This document shows positions 23,756 to 35,260 of a DNA stretch of 35,988 nt, piece by piece; within the stretch, counting starts at the first letter, position 1; the number at the start of each line of letters is the position of its first letter. A program made the position numbers and the translations under genes. The stretch spans positions 4,466,546 to 4,502,533 of the forward strand of contig NC_069004.1 of assembly GCF_001194135.2 (NCBI RefSeq). Direction: 5' to 3'. Origin of the DNA: Octopus bimaculoides. Taxonomy: Eukaryota. The notes beneath the pieces were generated by a model. That model worked only from the letters and a program-made list of their open reading frames with translations. It made no database searches and was not told where the DNA came from.

Positions 23756-23852
23756 ATTTCATCCTTTCGAAGTCGATAAATTAAGTACCAGTTGCGTACT
23801 GAGCCCCTACCTCATCCAAATTTTTGACTTTGTGCCTAGAGTAGTAAAGAAT
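23756..23852 (+). mobile_element. SINE family B, 3' part, head-to-head with the previous copy
   Basis: TTTCATCCTTTCGAAGTCGATAAATTAAGTACCAGTTGCGTACTG...TTGTGCCTAGAGTAGTAAAGA. Confidence 0.85.
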
Positions 23853-23859
23853 ATATCAA

Positions 23860-24022
23860 AGCATTGATGTGGCTGTGAGGTAAGAAACTTGCTTCCCAAC
23901 CAAATAATCCTGGGTTCAGTGGCACTATGTGGCAACTTGACCGAGTGTCTTCTACTCTAGCTTCGGACCGTCCAAAGCCTTGTGAGTGGATTTGGCAGAT
24001 GAAAACTGAAAGACACCTTCTG
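23860..24022 (+). mobile_element. SINE family A, 5' half
   Basis: GTGGCTGTGAGGTAAGAAACTTGCTTCCCAACCA...GGGTTCAGT...GAGTGTCTTCTACTCTAGC...AAAGCCTTGTGAGTGGATTTGGCAGATGAAAACTGAAAG. Confidence 0.85.
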
Positions 24023-24399
24023 TGTGTATACATATATACACAATATTCATCAATAAGAATGTCAGAATAAGTTATGTTGTTGATTGTTATTACTACAGAG
24101 ATTATGTTTCGGTGTAACGTATTTTTGAATATCGTTTCCAGGGCTGCAAAATGATCGATGCAGTATCTATGAGAAACATTACCCCGTTATTTTCGTCAAA
24201 GAGAGAATTCAGAAGGAAAAATGCAGGAACATAAGTAGAGAAAAATCGATAAGGATCCTTTACGGTCTCGTGCTAATGTATAGAAGATGGATAAGCAAGG
24301 AACCCTTTTTTTATGCTCTTTTTCTGCACATATTGCAATGACAATACAAAACCCGAGTTTAGAGTATAGTAGCTTTTCAATGAAACGGTTTTAAAACGC

Positions 24400-24790
24400 A
24401 CAGATATGGCCGTGTGATTAAGGAACTCATTTTGTAATTACCTGGTTTCGGGTTCATGCTTATTGCCCTGCATCTTGTTCAAATGACTTTTGTCTTAGCC
24501 CCGGACTGCTCAGTGTCTTGTGAGTGAAAATTGGCTACACGAAACCGTGTGGAAGCTCGTCGTGTGTGTATATGCACTTGTCACTTTGTTTTTGTGTTTT
24601 CCATCAACCATTTAATTACTGGTGCTGCTTTGCCTCTGTCTACTTCACTTAGCGTTTTGGCAAACGGAGGCGATGTATTAAATACTAGACATGAAACGCA
24701 GCTACTGGGTTCGATGGGTTGGACAAAATCCTAAGACGTGTGTGCCGCAGTATGAATGCAGTCCAATGATTGAAGCAAGAGAAAAAAGGT
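24400..24790 (+). mobile_element. SINE family A, old and highly diverged full-length copy
   Basis: Collinear but degenerate matches to the head (ATGGCCGTGTGATTAAG), core (TTGTGAGTGAAAATTGG...GAAAC), 3' module (CTTAGCGTTTTGGCAAA) and tail (CAGTCCAATGATTGAAGCAAG). Confidence 0.65.
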
Positions 24791-25090
24791 AAATGTTCTA
24801 GTTGTTTTAGTTGTTAATTTGCCAGTGACTTCGAATGGAAAGAGGTGTTAATTAAGCACTTAATTAATTAGATGAGGCATGATCAGGATTTCCGATAGAG
24901 GTGGATTGGCTTAAATTTGCAGTGATATAAGTGATATCCTAAAGGTCTGCTACTAAGTTTTTGTGATGTTTAACACCGTCTCTGCGCGTAGAAACCTGAA
25001 TTGGCACTACACAACACAAACAACACATTTTCAGCATAAACGATCAAATATTGTGCTAGGTATTCTTCTTTCGCTATATTCTATATTTTA

Positions 25091-25304
25091 AGGCGACGAA
25101 CTGGCAGAAATGTTAGCACGCAGAGCGAAATGCTTAGCGGTATTTCGTCTGTCTTTATGTTCTGAGTTCAAATTCCGCCGAGGTCTACTTTGCTTTTCAT
25201 CCCTCCGGGGTCGTTAAATTAAGTACCAGTTGCGAAATGGAGTCGATCTAATCGATTTGCTCCCCCTCCCCCAAAATTTCGGGCCTTGTGCATAGAGAAG
25301 AAAG
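25091..25304 (+). mobile_element. SINE family B, full length
   Basis: AGGCGACGAACTGGCAGAAATGTTAGCACG...TCTGAGTTCAAATTCCGCCGAGG (tRNA-like A/B boxes), central TTTGCTTTTCATCC...AAATTAAGTACCAG, 3' GGCCTTGTGCATAGAGAAGAAAG. Confidence 0.95.
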
Positions 25305-25496
25305 GTTAGCACGCCGGGCGAAATGCTTAGCGGTATTTCGTCTGTCTTTACGTTCTGAGTTCAAATTCCGCCGAGTTAACTTTGCTTTTCATCCTTTCGG
25401 GGTCGTTAAATTAAGTACCAGTTGCGTATTGGGGTCGATCTAATCGACTGGCCCCCCTCTCCCAAAATTACTGGCCATGTGCCTTGAGTAGAAAAG
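25305..25496 (+). mobile_element. SINE family B, second tandem copy missing the first ~20 nt
   Basis: Starts GTTAGCACGCCGGGCGAAATGC directly after the tail of the first copy. Confidence 0.95.
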
Positions 25497-25959
25497 TAAA
25501 AAACAATATATGCCATATTTTAAAATTCTCGTACTGTAGTTGAATGCTAAATAAGGAGCCCTGATTTCGTAGTGTTTGATAACATTTTATATCACCCTAC
25601 ATGTTTCTTTGTACATATAACGAACAGTAATATGTGACACGCACTGCAGTAATATATTTTATTTGCCTTATTTAAAAGGTGACAAAAAAAATTGAAGACA
25701 CCATCTTTAAAACGTGTTATAAATTTCCATTACTGAATAGGAAATTGGAATGAAATAAATTGAATATTATAAATGGACTGAGACAAAGATGCCACACACT
25801 ATACTAGATAGAGATTCACACACATAAAACGGCACATTTCTACAAGCATAGAGAAGCATAAAAAAAGGTGTGCGTGTGTGTGTTACTGTGGTTGTATGCA
25901 TGCGCCACTGTATTTGCATCAAGATGTGTGTATGTCTGTGTGTGAGGCTGTGTGTACAA

Positions 25960-26620
<661 letters not shown>

Positions 26621-26881
26621 AGAATTCAGATGCATCTGAAATTTTGAATATTTTCCTTGTAAGTTTAATTTTACAGCCATGCTCATTTATTTTAATACAT
26701 CTTCATTCCTGATTTTATTGACTGAAACGTCGAAAAAACGAATTATGAATTTTAAATTAAGAATTATTGCAAATCTGAATTAATAGGGCCAAGACATAGC
26801 CGTTTGGCTAACAAACTCGGTTACCACTACTACATTTCCGTGTTCGATGACACGGTGTGCGTCATGTGACAGTGGCTGCGT

Positions 26882-27197
26882 AAAAAAAAAAAAAAGTCGC
26901 CCTTTCAAAGCCTAGCCAGGCTCATGGGCCCGGTTTCCCGGTTTCTATGGCGTATGTGTGTCCCCCCCCCCAGCTGGACGGGACGCCAGTCCATCGCAGC
27001 GTTACTCAAGAAACAAAAAGAAAGAGAAAGTTGGGGCGAAAGAGTACAACAGGGCTCGCCACCACCCCCTGCTGGAGCCTCGTGGAGCTTTAGGTGTTTT
27101 CGCTCAATAAACACTCACAGCACCCGGTGTGGGAATCGAAACCGCGATCCTCCGACCACGAGTCCGCTGCCCTAACCACTGGGCCATTGCACCTCCA
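26882..27197 (-). mobile_element. SINE family C, tRNA-derived, apparently young and full length
   Basis: Minus strand: GGAGGTGCAATGGCCCAGTGG (A box), GGTTTCGATTCCC (B-box-like), GCGAAAACACCTAAAGCTCC, CTGCGATGGACTGGCGTCCCGTCCAG, AGAAACCGGGAAACCGGG, then a T14 tail. About 19 CpGs are retained. Confidence 0.85.
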
Positions 27198-27210
27198 CAT
27201 TGGCTGGCTG

Positions 27211-27340
27211 AGTGGTACTTCATTTATTAATCCGGAGGGACGAAAGGCAAAGTCGACTTCGGTGGAATTTGAACTGAGAACGGAAAGGGCGGACGATATA
27301 CCGATAAGCATTTCGTCTGGCGTGCTAACGGTTCTGCCAA
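27211..27340 (-). mobile_element. SINE family B, head and central domain
   Basis: GGTACTTCATTTATTAATCCGGAGGGACGAAAGGCAAAGTCGACTTCGGTGGAATTTGAAC...GCGTGCTAACGGTTCTGCCAATTC. Confidence 0.85.
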
Positions 27341-27379
27341 TTCATCCCTTTTTAAATATTGATTATAATTATTATCATT

Positions 27380-27455
27380 TATTAAAATTTCTGCCTCAAG
27401 GGTAGCTTGGAGGAGTTAGAGATGAGTCGATTACATCGACCCGAATGTTCAACGA
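27380..27455 (-). mobile_element. SINE family B, degenerate 3' fragment
   Basis: AGTCGATTACATCGACCC hairpin module with a preceding purine-rich segment. Confidence 0.5.
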
Positions 27456-27565
27456 TACGTTCTTGAAAATCAAAATCTAAACCAAAAATTGCAGCCGCCA
27501 TAAACAGTCGAGGCTGGCTTCTTTGTATTTATGGTGCTTTGGAAAATTATTTAAGGGTCTATAAA

Positions 27566-27657
27566 TTAGCGACTAAGGTTAGTGCGTTAGTGCGACTAAA
27601 GTTAGTGCGACTGAAGTTAGTGCGACTAAGGTTAGTGCGACTAAGGTTAGTGCGTTA
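27566..27657. repeat. 15-bp minisatellite GTTAGTGCGACTAAG, ~6 units
   Basis: Full units at 27586, 27601, 27616 and 27631; partial units at 27569, 27578 and 27646. Confidence 0.95.
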
Positions 27658-28893
27658 TTTTTCCACTCTGAAAGAAAGAACGGCTTAGGTGACTCGGCCA
27701 AGAATCATTGCAACTCATCTACACAATACATTTTTCAAATCCTTTCTCTCTACTACGTCTGTCACCCGAACATTCCATTTACGGCAACGTTTCGTCTTCA
27801 CTCGTAGGGTCGTAGACCGACGGTTGTTCCAACTCACTATCAAGTGTATTCTTAAAATTTTTTTTTTAGAAAAAAATACGTAAAAGACCAAGACTTTAGA
27901 CACAAAATAGATATCAAGTTTGACGCTGTTTATTATTTACAGAAGCAAGGGTCTAGAAAAAGAGCAAGGTTCAGATGCGGAACATTAATTGCCTTTTTAT
28001 CTCTCCCAAACAACAAATGAAGATATTAAAACGTTCGCCGATATATATGTTTATGAATATAAACTCACACGCGTGCGTATTGACGGAAAAGTAGGTAAGA
28101 AGACAGCGGGCAGAAGGAAACAAAACAATTCCGAAATGTTTTCGTATGATATTATATACATAAACTTGTCGATAAAATGCGTATGTACATACAAGTGCGT
28201 GTATGTATATGTAGGTATATGTATATATGTATATATGCGTGTATACATACATGCAGTCAGATACATATGTCTCTATGCGTACGCATGTGTGTCTGTGTAC
28301 ATATATATATATATNNNNNNNNNNNNNNNNNNNNNNNNNNNNNNNNNNNNNNNNNNNNNNNNNNNNNNNNNNNNNNNNNNNNNNNNNNNNNNNNNNNNNN
28401 NNNNNNNNNNNNNNNNNNNNNNNNNNNNNNNNNNNNNNNNNNNNNNNNNNNNNNNNNNNNNNNNNNNNNNNNNNNNNNNNNNNNNNNNNNNNNNNNNNNN
28501 NNNNNNNNNNNNNNNNNNNNNNNNNNNNNNNNNNNNNNNNNNNNNNNNNNNNNNNNNNNNNNNNNNNNNNNNNNNNNNNNNNNNNNNNNNNNNNNNNNNN
28601 NNNNNNNNNNNNNNNNNNNNNNNNNNNNNNNNNNNNNNNNNNNNNNNNNNNNNNNNNNNNNNNNNNNNNNNNNNNNNNNNNNNNNNNNNNNNNNNNNNNN
28701 NNNNNNNNNNNNNNNNNNNNNNNNNNNNNNNNNNNNNNNNNNNNNNNNNNNNNNNNNNNNNNNNNNNNNNNNNNNNNNNNNNNNNNNNNNNNNNNNNNNN
28801 NNNNNNNNNNNNNNNNNNNNNNNNNNNNNNNNNNNNNNNNNNNNNNNNNNNNNNNNNNNNNNNNNNNNNNNNNNNNNNNNNNNNNNNNNNNNN

Positions 28894-28935
<42 letters not shown>

Positions 28936-29749
28936 TATACACGCGTTACGGTTTTATGTATTTATTAGAACTATACATATAAAACACACACAAATACATT
29001 CGCACACATACTCACCCACGCATATATAAACATTCACATTATGGCGGTGTATTCAATATTATTCCACAAATTTGATAAATATAAAAATACATCATGGCAG
29101 GAAACGTATAATTGGATATTTTGTAGTTTTACAGCGAGATAAATTGTTCGGAACCTGTCAGTCAAGATAGTATAATATATCACTTTGGCTAATTAGTCTC
29201 ACGATATTTCTATTAAAATATTCAGCCAAGCTAGCTGCTCTTATTGCTTTCTAAAGTTAATTTTCGCTGTGTGTCTATCTGTTTGGCTGTCTCTCTATAA
29301 GTGCATTTATCCGTCTGCCTATATGTATGTATGGAACTTGAGAAAATCTTGCATACTTTTACTGTTCCACTAACAGATTGCATTTGTAACGTGCGAATTA
29401 ACTGGTCGATTTCTCCATTTTCTCTGCAAATTCCAGTTTATCCAGATTCTCCTATAATCATTTACTAACAATGATAATAATATTCATATGTATGTATGTA
29501 TGTACGCATGGATAGATGGATGGATGGAGGGAGTTGAAGAATGGATGAGTCTATCTGTCAATCTATATAACATACATATAAGAGGGATGACCACTAAGTG
29601 GATATCCATTTTGCTAGAAGTAGACCACCTCAGACCATAACGATAAAATATACGAAGCATTGTATACTCATCATGACCACCCGTCAGATAAGGTTACACC
29701 AGGTACATGCATCACAAGCGTATGTGCGCGACATGGTGATCTCATATCA

Positions 29750-29935
29750 AGATAATCAGCGCATGACTTCGTATGCAAAATGCTTAGCCGCATCTCGTTC
29801 AAGTTCCGCCCTGGTCGACTTTGCCTTTCATCCTTTCGGGGTCGATAGATCAAGTACTAGTTGAGTACTGGGGTGGATGTAATCGACTATACCCTTCCCA
29901 CAAATTTCAGACCTTGTGCCTGTAGTAATAAGGAT
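29750..29935 (+). mobile_element. SINE family B with an internal deletion
   Basis: CAAAATGCTTAGC..CATCTCG|TTCAAGTTCCGCCCTGGTCGACTTTGCCTTTCATCCTTTCGGGGTCGATAG...CCTTGTGCCTGTAGTAATAAGG, followed by (TTG/TTA)n. Confidence 0.85.
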
Positions 29936-31297
29936 TATTGTTGTTGTTGTTATTATTCTTATTATTCTCAGTTTCATAAGTCCGAATGTGTTCGCAGGAC
30001 ATTATATTAAATAGCTTACCTTGCAAGACGTTTCGTTCAATATATTTATACTCACTTGTTCATAGCCGTCTCTGTATTAGACACAACTGGAATCGATCGT
30101 TTACATTGCTATATACGATTTACCATAGATTCGACTTAAATATAAATATTATATGATTTGATGTTATAAAATATTGAAACAAAATGGCGTTATATCGTTG
30201 ACTAATGGACTTCACCGTATCAACACGATGTAAGTAGATGTTATTAATTTCCATTACTATACAGGAAGATCTAACCAAATAAGTCTGAAATTATAAATGG
30301 ACTTAGATGAGACATACAGAATGTATAAAAGACACAGACTGTTCTTCGACATAAACAAAGACATATCCATATATGTATATGAACATATGCATATGTTTTT
30401 TTTTATATTTCTATAGATGCATTATATATGTACAATATAGTACATATGTAAAACATATGCATATATGTATTATATATATATATATTAATATATATATACA
30501 TATAAACATATGTGTTTGTATATGTATGCATATCAGTGTGGTGTGCTTGTGTGTCTGTGTGTGTGCATTTTACATATATATATATATATATATATTATTA
30601 TTAATATGCATTTATATATATATATGAATGAAAAGATAGGGCCTGACACCCACGCACCCACCCACACACACATACACTTACACACACACACATATTTACA
30701 TATACAGTAATGGAATATTGTTGCTAAAACATCTGTAAAACCCGTAACAAAAACACGAAACACAACGATAAGGAAACCGGTTGGATTATTTGAAAAGAAG
30801 TTGAAAAAGCCTATCTAGTGGACATTAACATATCGTTAAAGATTAAAGGATAAAGAAAAACATCTAAGTTGCATTAACGAATGCTATGCCAGCATTCTAC
30901 TCATATAAGAACTTTAGTTTGTTTTCTTTCATATNNNNNNNNNNNNNNNNNNNNNNNNNNNNNNNNNNNNNNNNNNNNNNNNNNNNNNNNNNNNNNNNNN
31001 NNNNNNNNNNNNNNNNNNNNNNNNNNNNNNNNNNNNNNNNNNNNNNNNNNNNNNNNNNNNNNNNNNNNNNNNNNNNNNNNNNNNNNNNNNNNNNNNNNNN
31101 NNNNNNNNNNNNNNNNNNNNNNNNNNNNNNNNNNNNNNNNNNNNNNNNNNNNNNNNNNNNNNNNNNNNNNNNNNNNNNNNNNNNNNNNNNNNNNNNNNNN
31201 NNNNNNNNNNNNNNNNNNNNNNNNNNNNNNNNNNNNNNNNNNNNNNNNNNNNNNNNNNNNNNNNNNNNNNNNNNNNNNNNNNNNNNNNNNNNNNNNN

Positions 31298-31382
31298 TCT
31301 TCTTCTTCTTCTTCTTCTTCTTCTTCTTCTTCTTCTTCTTCTTCTTCTTCTTCTTCTTCTTCTTCTTCTTCTTCTTCTTCTT
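31298..31382. repeat. (TTC)n microsatellite at a gap edge
   Basis: Direct read; source of the poly-K, poly-E, poly-R, poly-S and poly-F ORFs. Confidence 0.95.
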
Positions 31383-32651
31383 CCTGTCTTTCTTTTGTCC
31401 TCTTTTTTGCCTTGCATTTTCTCTTTTTGTCTTCAACTTTTCCGTCGATTCCTCCTTTATTCATTTTATCTTTCTTTTCCTCTTTTCTTCCTCCTCCCTT
31501 TATTCATTTTCTTCCTGCACCCTTTCTTCTTCATTTCCTCTTCCTCCTTCATATTTCTTCTTCCTTTTCTTCATATCCCGCGTTCTTTATAATTCTAAAA
31601 CTCAGAAAAATTATTCCCATACATTCCCAACATTACACAGATATACATACTCGCACTGACGAAGCCATCCTTTTCTCTTCCGTGCATTCGTAAAGACGAC
31701 GATACAACCAGCGCCACACATGAAACCGGAAACAGACGCCAGAGTTGATGCGAAAAACATGGCGGGAGAAAGACACATCCTAAAGACACGTTTGATATGG
31801 CTGGCAAACTTTTGTTGAAGCTGCGCAAAATCAGGATTAGCTTGGGAATAACAGAAAAGAAACGATAATAATTGATAAATTACAGAGAAATGCCAAAGAG
31901 ATATATTTATGGAAATGGCATCGCTTGGTTAGATTGTCTGGTGAATATACTACCAGGTTTTCCGAAATAGAGTTAGATTTTATGCAACCGAGAGAGAGTG
32001 AATCTTGAGTGAAGCTTTTATGTATGATATCAAAGATTTGAAATATAAGTTGGTTTGATGCAATCCAAAGACTAACTATATATATAGGAGTAAAACGTAC
32101 CCTTCACTGTTAACGCTCTACTAACTTGAAATATGTAACGAGTACATGTAAATCTTAAACCATATATATATATATATATATATANNNNNNNNNNNNNNNN
32201 NNNNNNNNNNNNNNNNNNNNNNNNNNNNNNNNNNNNNNNNNNNNNNNNNNNNNNNNNNNNNNNNNNNNNNNNNNNNNNNNNNNNNNNNNNNNNNNNNNNN
32301 NNNNNNNNNNNNNNNNNNNNNNNNNNNNNNNNNNNNNNNNNNNNNNNNNNNNNNNNNNNNNNNNNNNNNNNNNNNNNNNNNNNNNNNNNNNNNNNNNNNN
32401 NNNNNNNNNNNNNNNNNNNNNNNNNNNNNNNNNNNNNNNNNNNNNNNNNNNNNNNNNNNNNNNNNNNNNNNNNNNNNNNNNNNNNNNNNNNNNNNNNNNN
32501 NNNNNNNNNNNNNNNNNNNNNNNNNNNNNNNNNNNNNNNNNNNNNNNNNNNNNNNNNNNNNNNNNNNNNNNNNNNNNNNNNNNNNNNNNNNNNNNNNNNN
32601 NNNNNNNNNNNNNNNNNNNNNNNNNNNNNNNNNNNNNNNNNNNNNNNNNNN

Positions 32652-32711
<60 letters not shown>

Positions 32712-33771
32712 ACATGCCTGCGTATACATATACTGACACTCCAATAACTATATTTGTATGTGTAATTGTCAGCTTGTATGTCGGTAACTTTGTGAGTAAA
32801 TGTGTGAGCGTGCTCATGTGCATTTGTACATGTGAAAGCCATTGAGATGGATCAGAATGAGAGATGAGAGAATTTTAAATGTAAAAGAAAAAGAAAATAC
32901 AAGAAAAACTACATCAGAGATAACTCTAGAGATCTAAACGGTGTTCCACTTGGCATTTTTATGGTCCTTTATTCAGTAAATTTAAGCTATTTATGAAGTA
33001 TTATTAACATAAATATAAATATAGCCAGTGAAATCATATCGTAAAATTTTGTGACTCGCCAGGGTCGAATAAAGAGATTTCATGTGTTGAACAGAGACCA
33101 ATTCAAGCTGACTGAACGAGTCCATCCCATTACAAAATATTTGGTGAACATACATACATCCATACATACATATATAAATGCATACATACATACAAACATA
33201 CATACATACATTAATACAGACACACATATACATACATGACCAGATATGCATACATACATAGGCACACACATAAACACACACACACACCTGTATGCGTGTA
33301 CCTGTATATATATGAATACACAGAAGTGTGTGCATGTGTGTGTGCGATTCTTCCGATGATACGTGACTGCCATAATGTGTTAGTGAAGTTTGAAGCCTAA
33401 CAACCATTGCAAATCGATTGAATATATATGCATATATGTATGTGTTTGTATACATACATACATGCACATATATATATATATGTATGTGTATGTGTATACA
33501 TGTTTATGAGTGTGTCTCTAAGCGTGCGTCTGTATACATGTATGTATATATATATATATATACATACATATATNNNNNNNNNNNNNNNNNNNNNNNNNNN
33601 NNNNNNNNNNNNNNNNNNNNNNNNNNNNNNNNNNNNNNNNNNNNNNNNNNNNNNNNNNNNNNNNNNNNNNNNNNNNNNNNNNNNNNNNNNNNNNNNNNNN
33701 NNNNNNNNNNNNNNNNNNNNNNNNNNNNNNNNNNNNNNNNNNNNNNNNNNNNNNNNNNNNNNNNNNNNNNN

Positions 33772-33810
<39 letters not shown>

Positions 33811-35074
33811 TATATGTGCATGTAAATGTGTGTGTGAAGTGCTTCCCGTGTTCCGCAGTGTGTATAAATATTAGCGTTCTTAATAAATAACTGATATTAA
33901 AAGCGTTTAGAATCTATAATACGTATATTGAGGCAAGTGTATATTATACGTTTCCAATGTATATATTCAGACACACGTACATACACGCATATATTCGTGT
34001 ATGTATGTATGAATGTATGTATGTATCTATGTATGTATGTATGCATGTATGTATATCTATATATATTTGATAGACATACATACACATATATATGTACATT
34101 TACATANNNNNNNNNNNNNNNNNNNNNNNNNNNNNNNNNNNNNNNNNNNNNNNNNNNNNNNNNNNNNNNNNNNNNNNNNNNNNNNNNNNNNNNNNNNNNN
34201 NNNNNNNNNNNNNNNNNNNNNNNNNNNNNNNNNNNNNNNNNNNNNNNNNNNNNNNNNNNNNNNNNNNNNNNNNNNNNNNNNNNNNNNNNNNNNNNNNNNN
34301 NNNNNNNNNNNNNNNNNNNNNNNNNNNNNNNNNNNNNNNNNNNNNNNNNNNNNNNNNNNNNNNNNNNNNNNNNNNNNNNNNNNNNNNNNNNNNNNNNNNN
34401 NNNNNNNNNNNNNNNNNNNNNNNNNNNNNNNNNNNNNNNNNNNNNNNNNNNNNNNNNNNNNNNNNNNNNNNNNNNNNNNNNNNNNNNNNNNNNNNNNNNN
34501 NNNNNNNNNNNNNNNNNNNNNNNNNNNNNNNNNNNNNNNNNNNNNNNNNNNNNNNNNNNNNNNNNNNNNNNNNNNNNNNNNNNNNNNNNNNNNNNNNNNN
34601 NNNNNNNNNNNNNNNNNNNNNNNNNNNNNNNNNNNNNNNNNNNNNNNNNNNNNNNNNNNNNNNNNNNNNNNNNNNNNNNNNNNNNNNNNNNNNNNNNNNN
34701 NNNNNNNNNNNNNNNNNNNNNNNNNNNNNNNNNNNNNNNNNNNNNNNNNNNNNNNNNNNNNNNNNNNNNNNNNNNNNNNNNNNNNNNNNNNNNNNNNNNN
34801 NNNNNNNNNNNNNNNNNNNNNNNNNNNNNNNNNNNNNNNNNNNNNNNNNNNNNNNNNNNNNNNNNNNNNNNNNNNNNNNNNNNNNNNNNNNNNNNNNNNN
34901 NNNNNNNNNNNNNNNNNNNNNNNNNNNNNNNNNNNNNNNNNNNNNNNNNNNNNNNNNNNNNNNNNNNNNNNNNNNNNNNNNNNNNNNNNNNNNNNNNNNN
35001 NNNNNNNNNNNNNNNNNNNNNNNNNNNNNNNNNNNNNNNNNNNNNNNNNNNNNNNNNNNNATATATATATTTGT

Positions 35075-35260
35075 GTGTATGTATAAGTAATGAAAAAAAC
35101 AGAGAAAAAAGACAAGAAAAAACAACACCACGAGGACATGGTACATGCCAAGTATTAATAAGACGCCCAGGGAAAGAAAGAAAGGTTGTTTTACGTTTCG
35201 AGCAAAGCTCATCTTCAGGAACAGGAAACAGAGGGGGAAGTCGAAAAGAAAACCCCAAAA
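35075..35260 (-). mobile_element. Probable Penelope-like element terminal-repeat remnant
   Basis: It contains ACGTTTCGAGCAAAGCTCATCTTCAG, the reverse complement of a CTGANGA...CGAAACGT motif characteristic of Penelope-like terminal repeats. The boundaries are approximate. Confidence 0.5.
35187..35223 (-). ncRNA. Minimal type I hammerhead-ribozyme-like motif
   Basis: Minus strand: UGUUC-CUGAAGA-U-GAGC-UUU-GCUC-GAAAC-GUA-AAACA. Confidence 0.4.

Noticed and set aside
27566-27657. CRISPR array or telomeric repeat
   Set aside because: The units are contiguous with no unique spacers and no cas genes, and the unit is not TTAGG(G).
27781-27810. Second hammerhead-like string (minus strand CU_ACGA-GU-GAAG-AC-GAAAC-GUU), and a similar GAAACGUC at ~26724
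   Set aside because: The core lacks essential nucleotides and helix I or II cannot form properly; this is chance or too decayed to call.
31690-31830. Slightly GC-rich stretch with an AACATGGCG (YY1-like) motif and a 32-codon ORF
   Set aside because: It is a single short motif and an unrecognised peptide; the evidence is insufficient.
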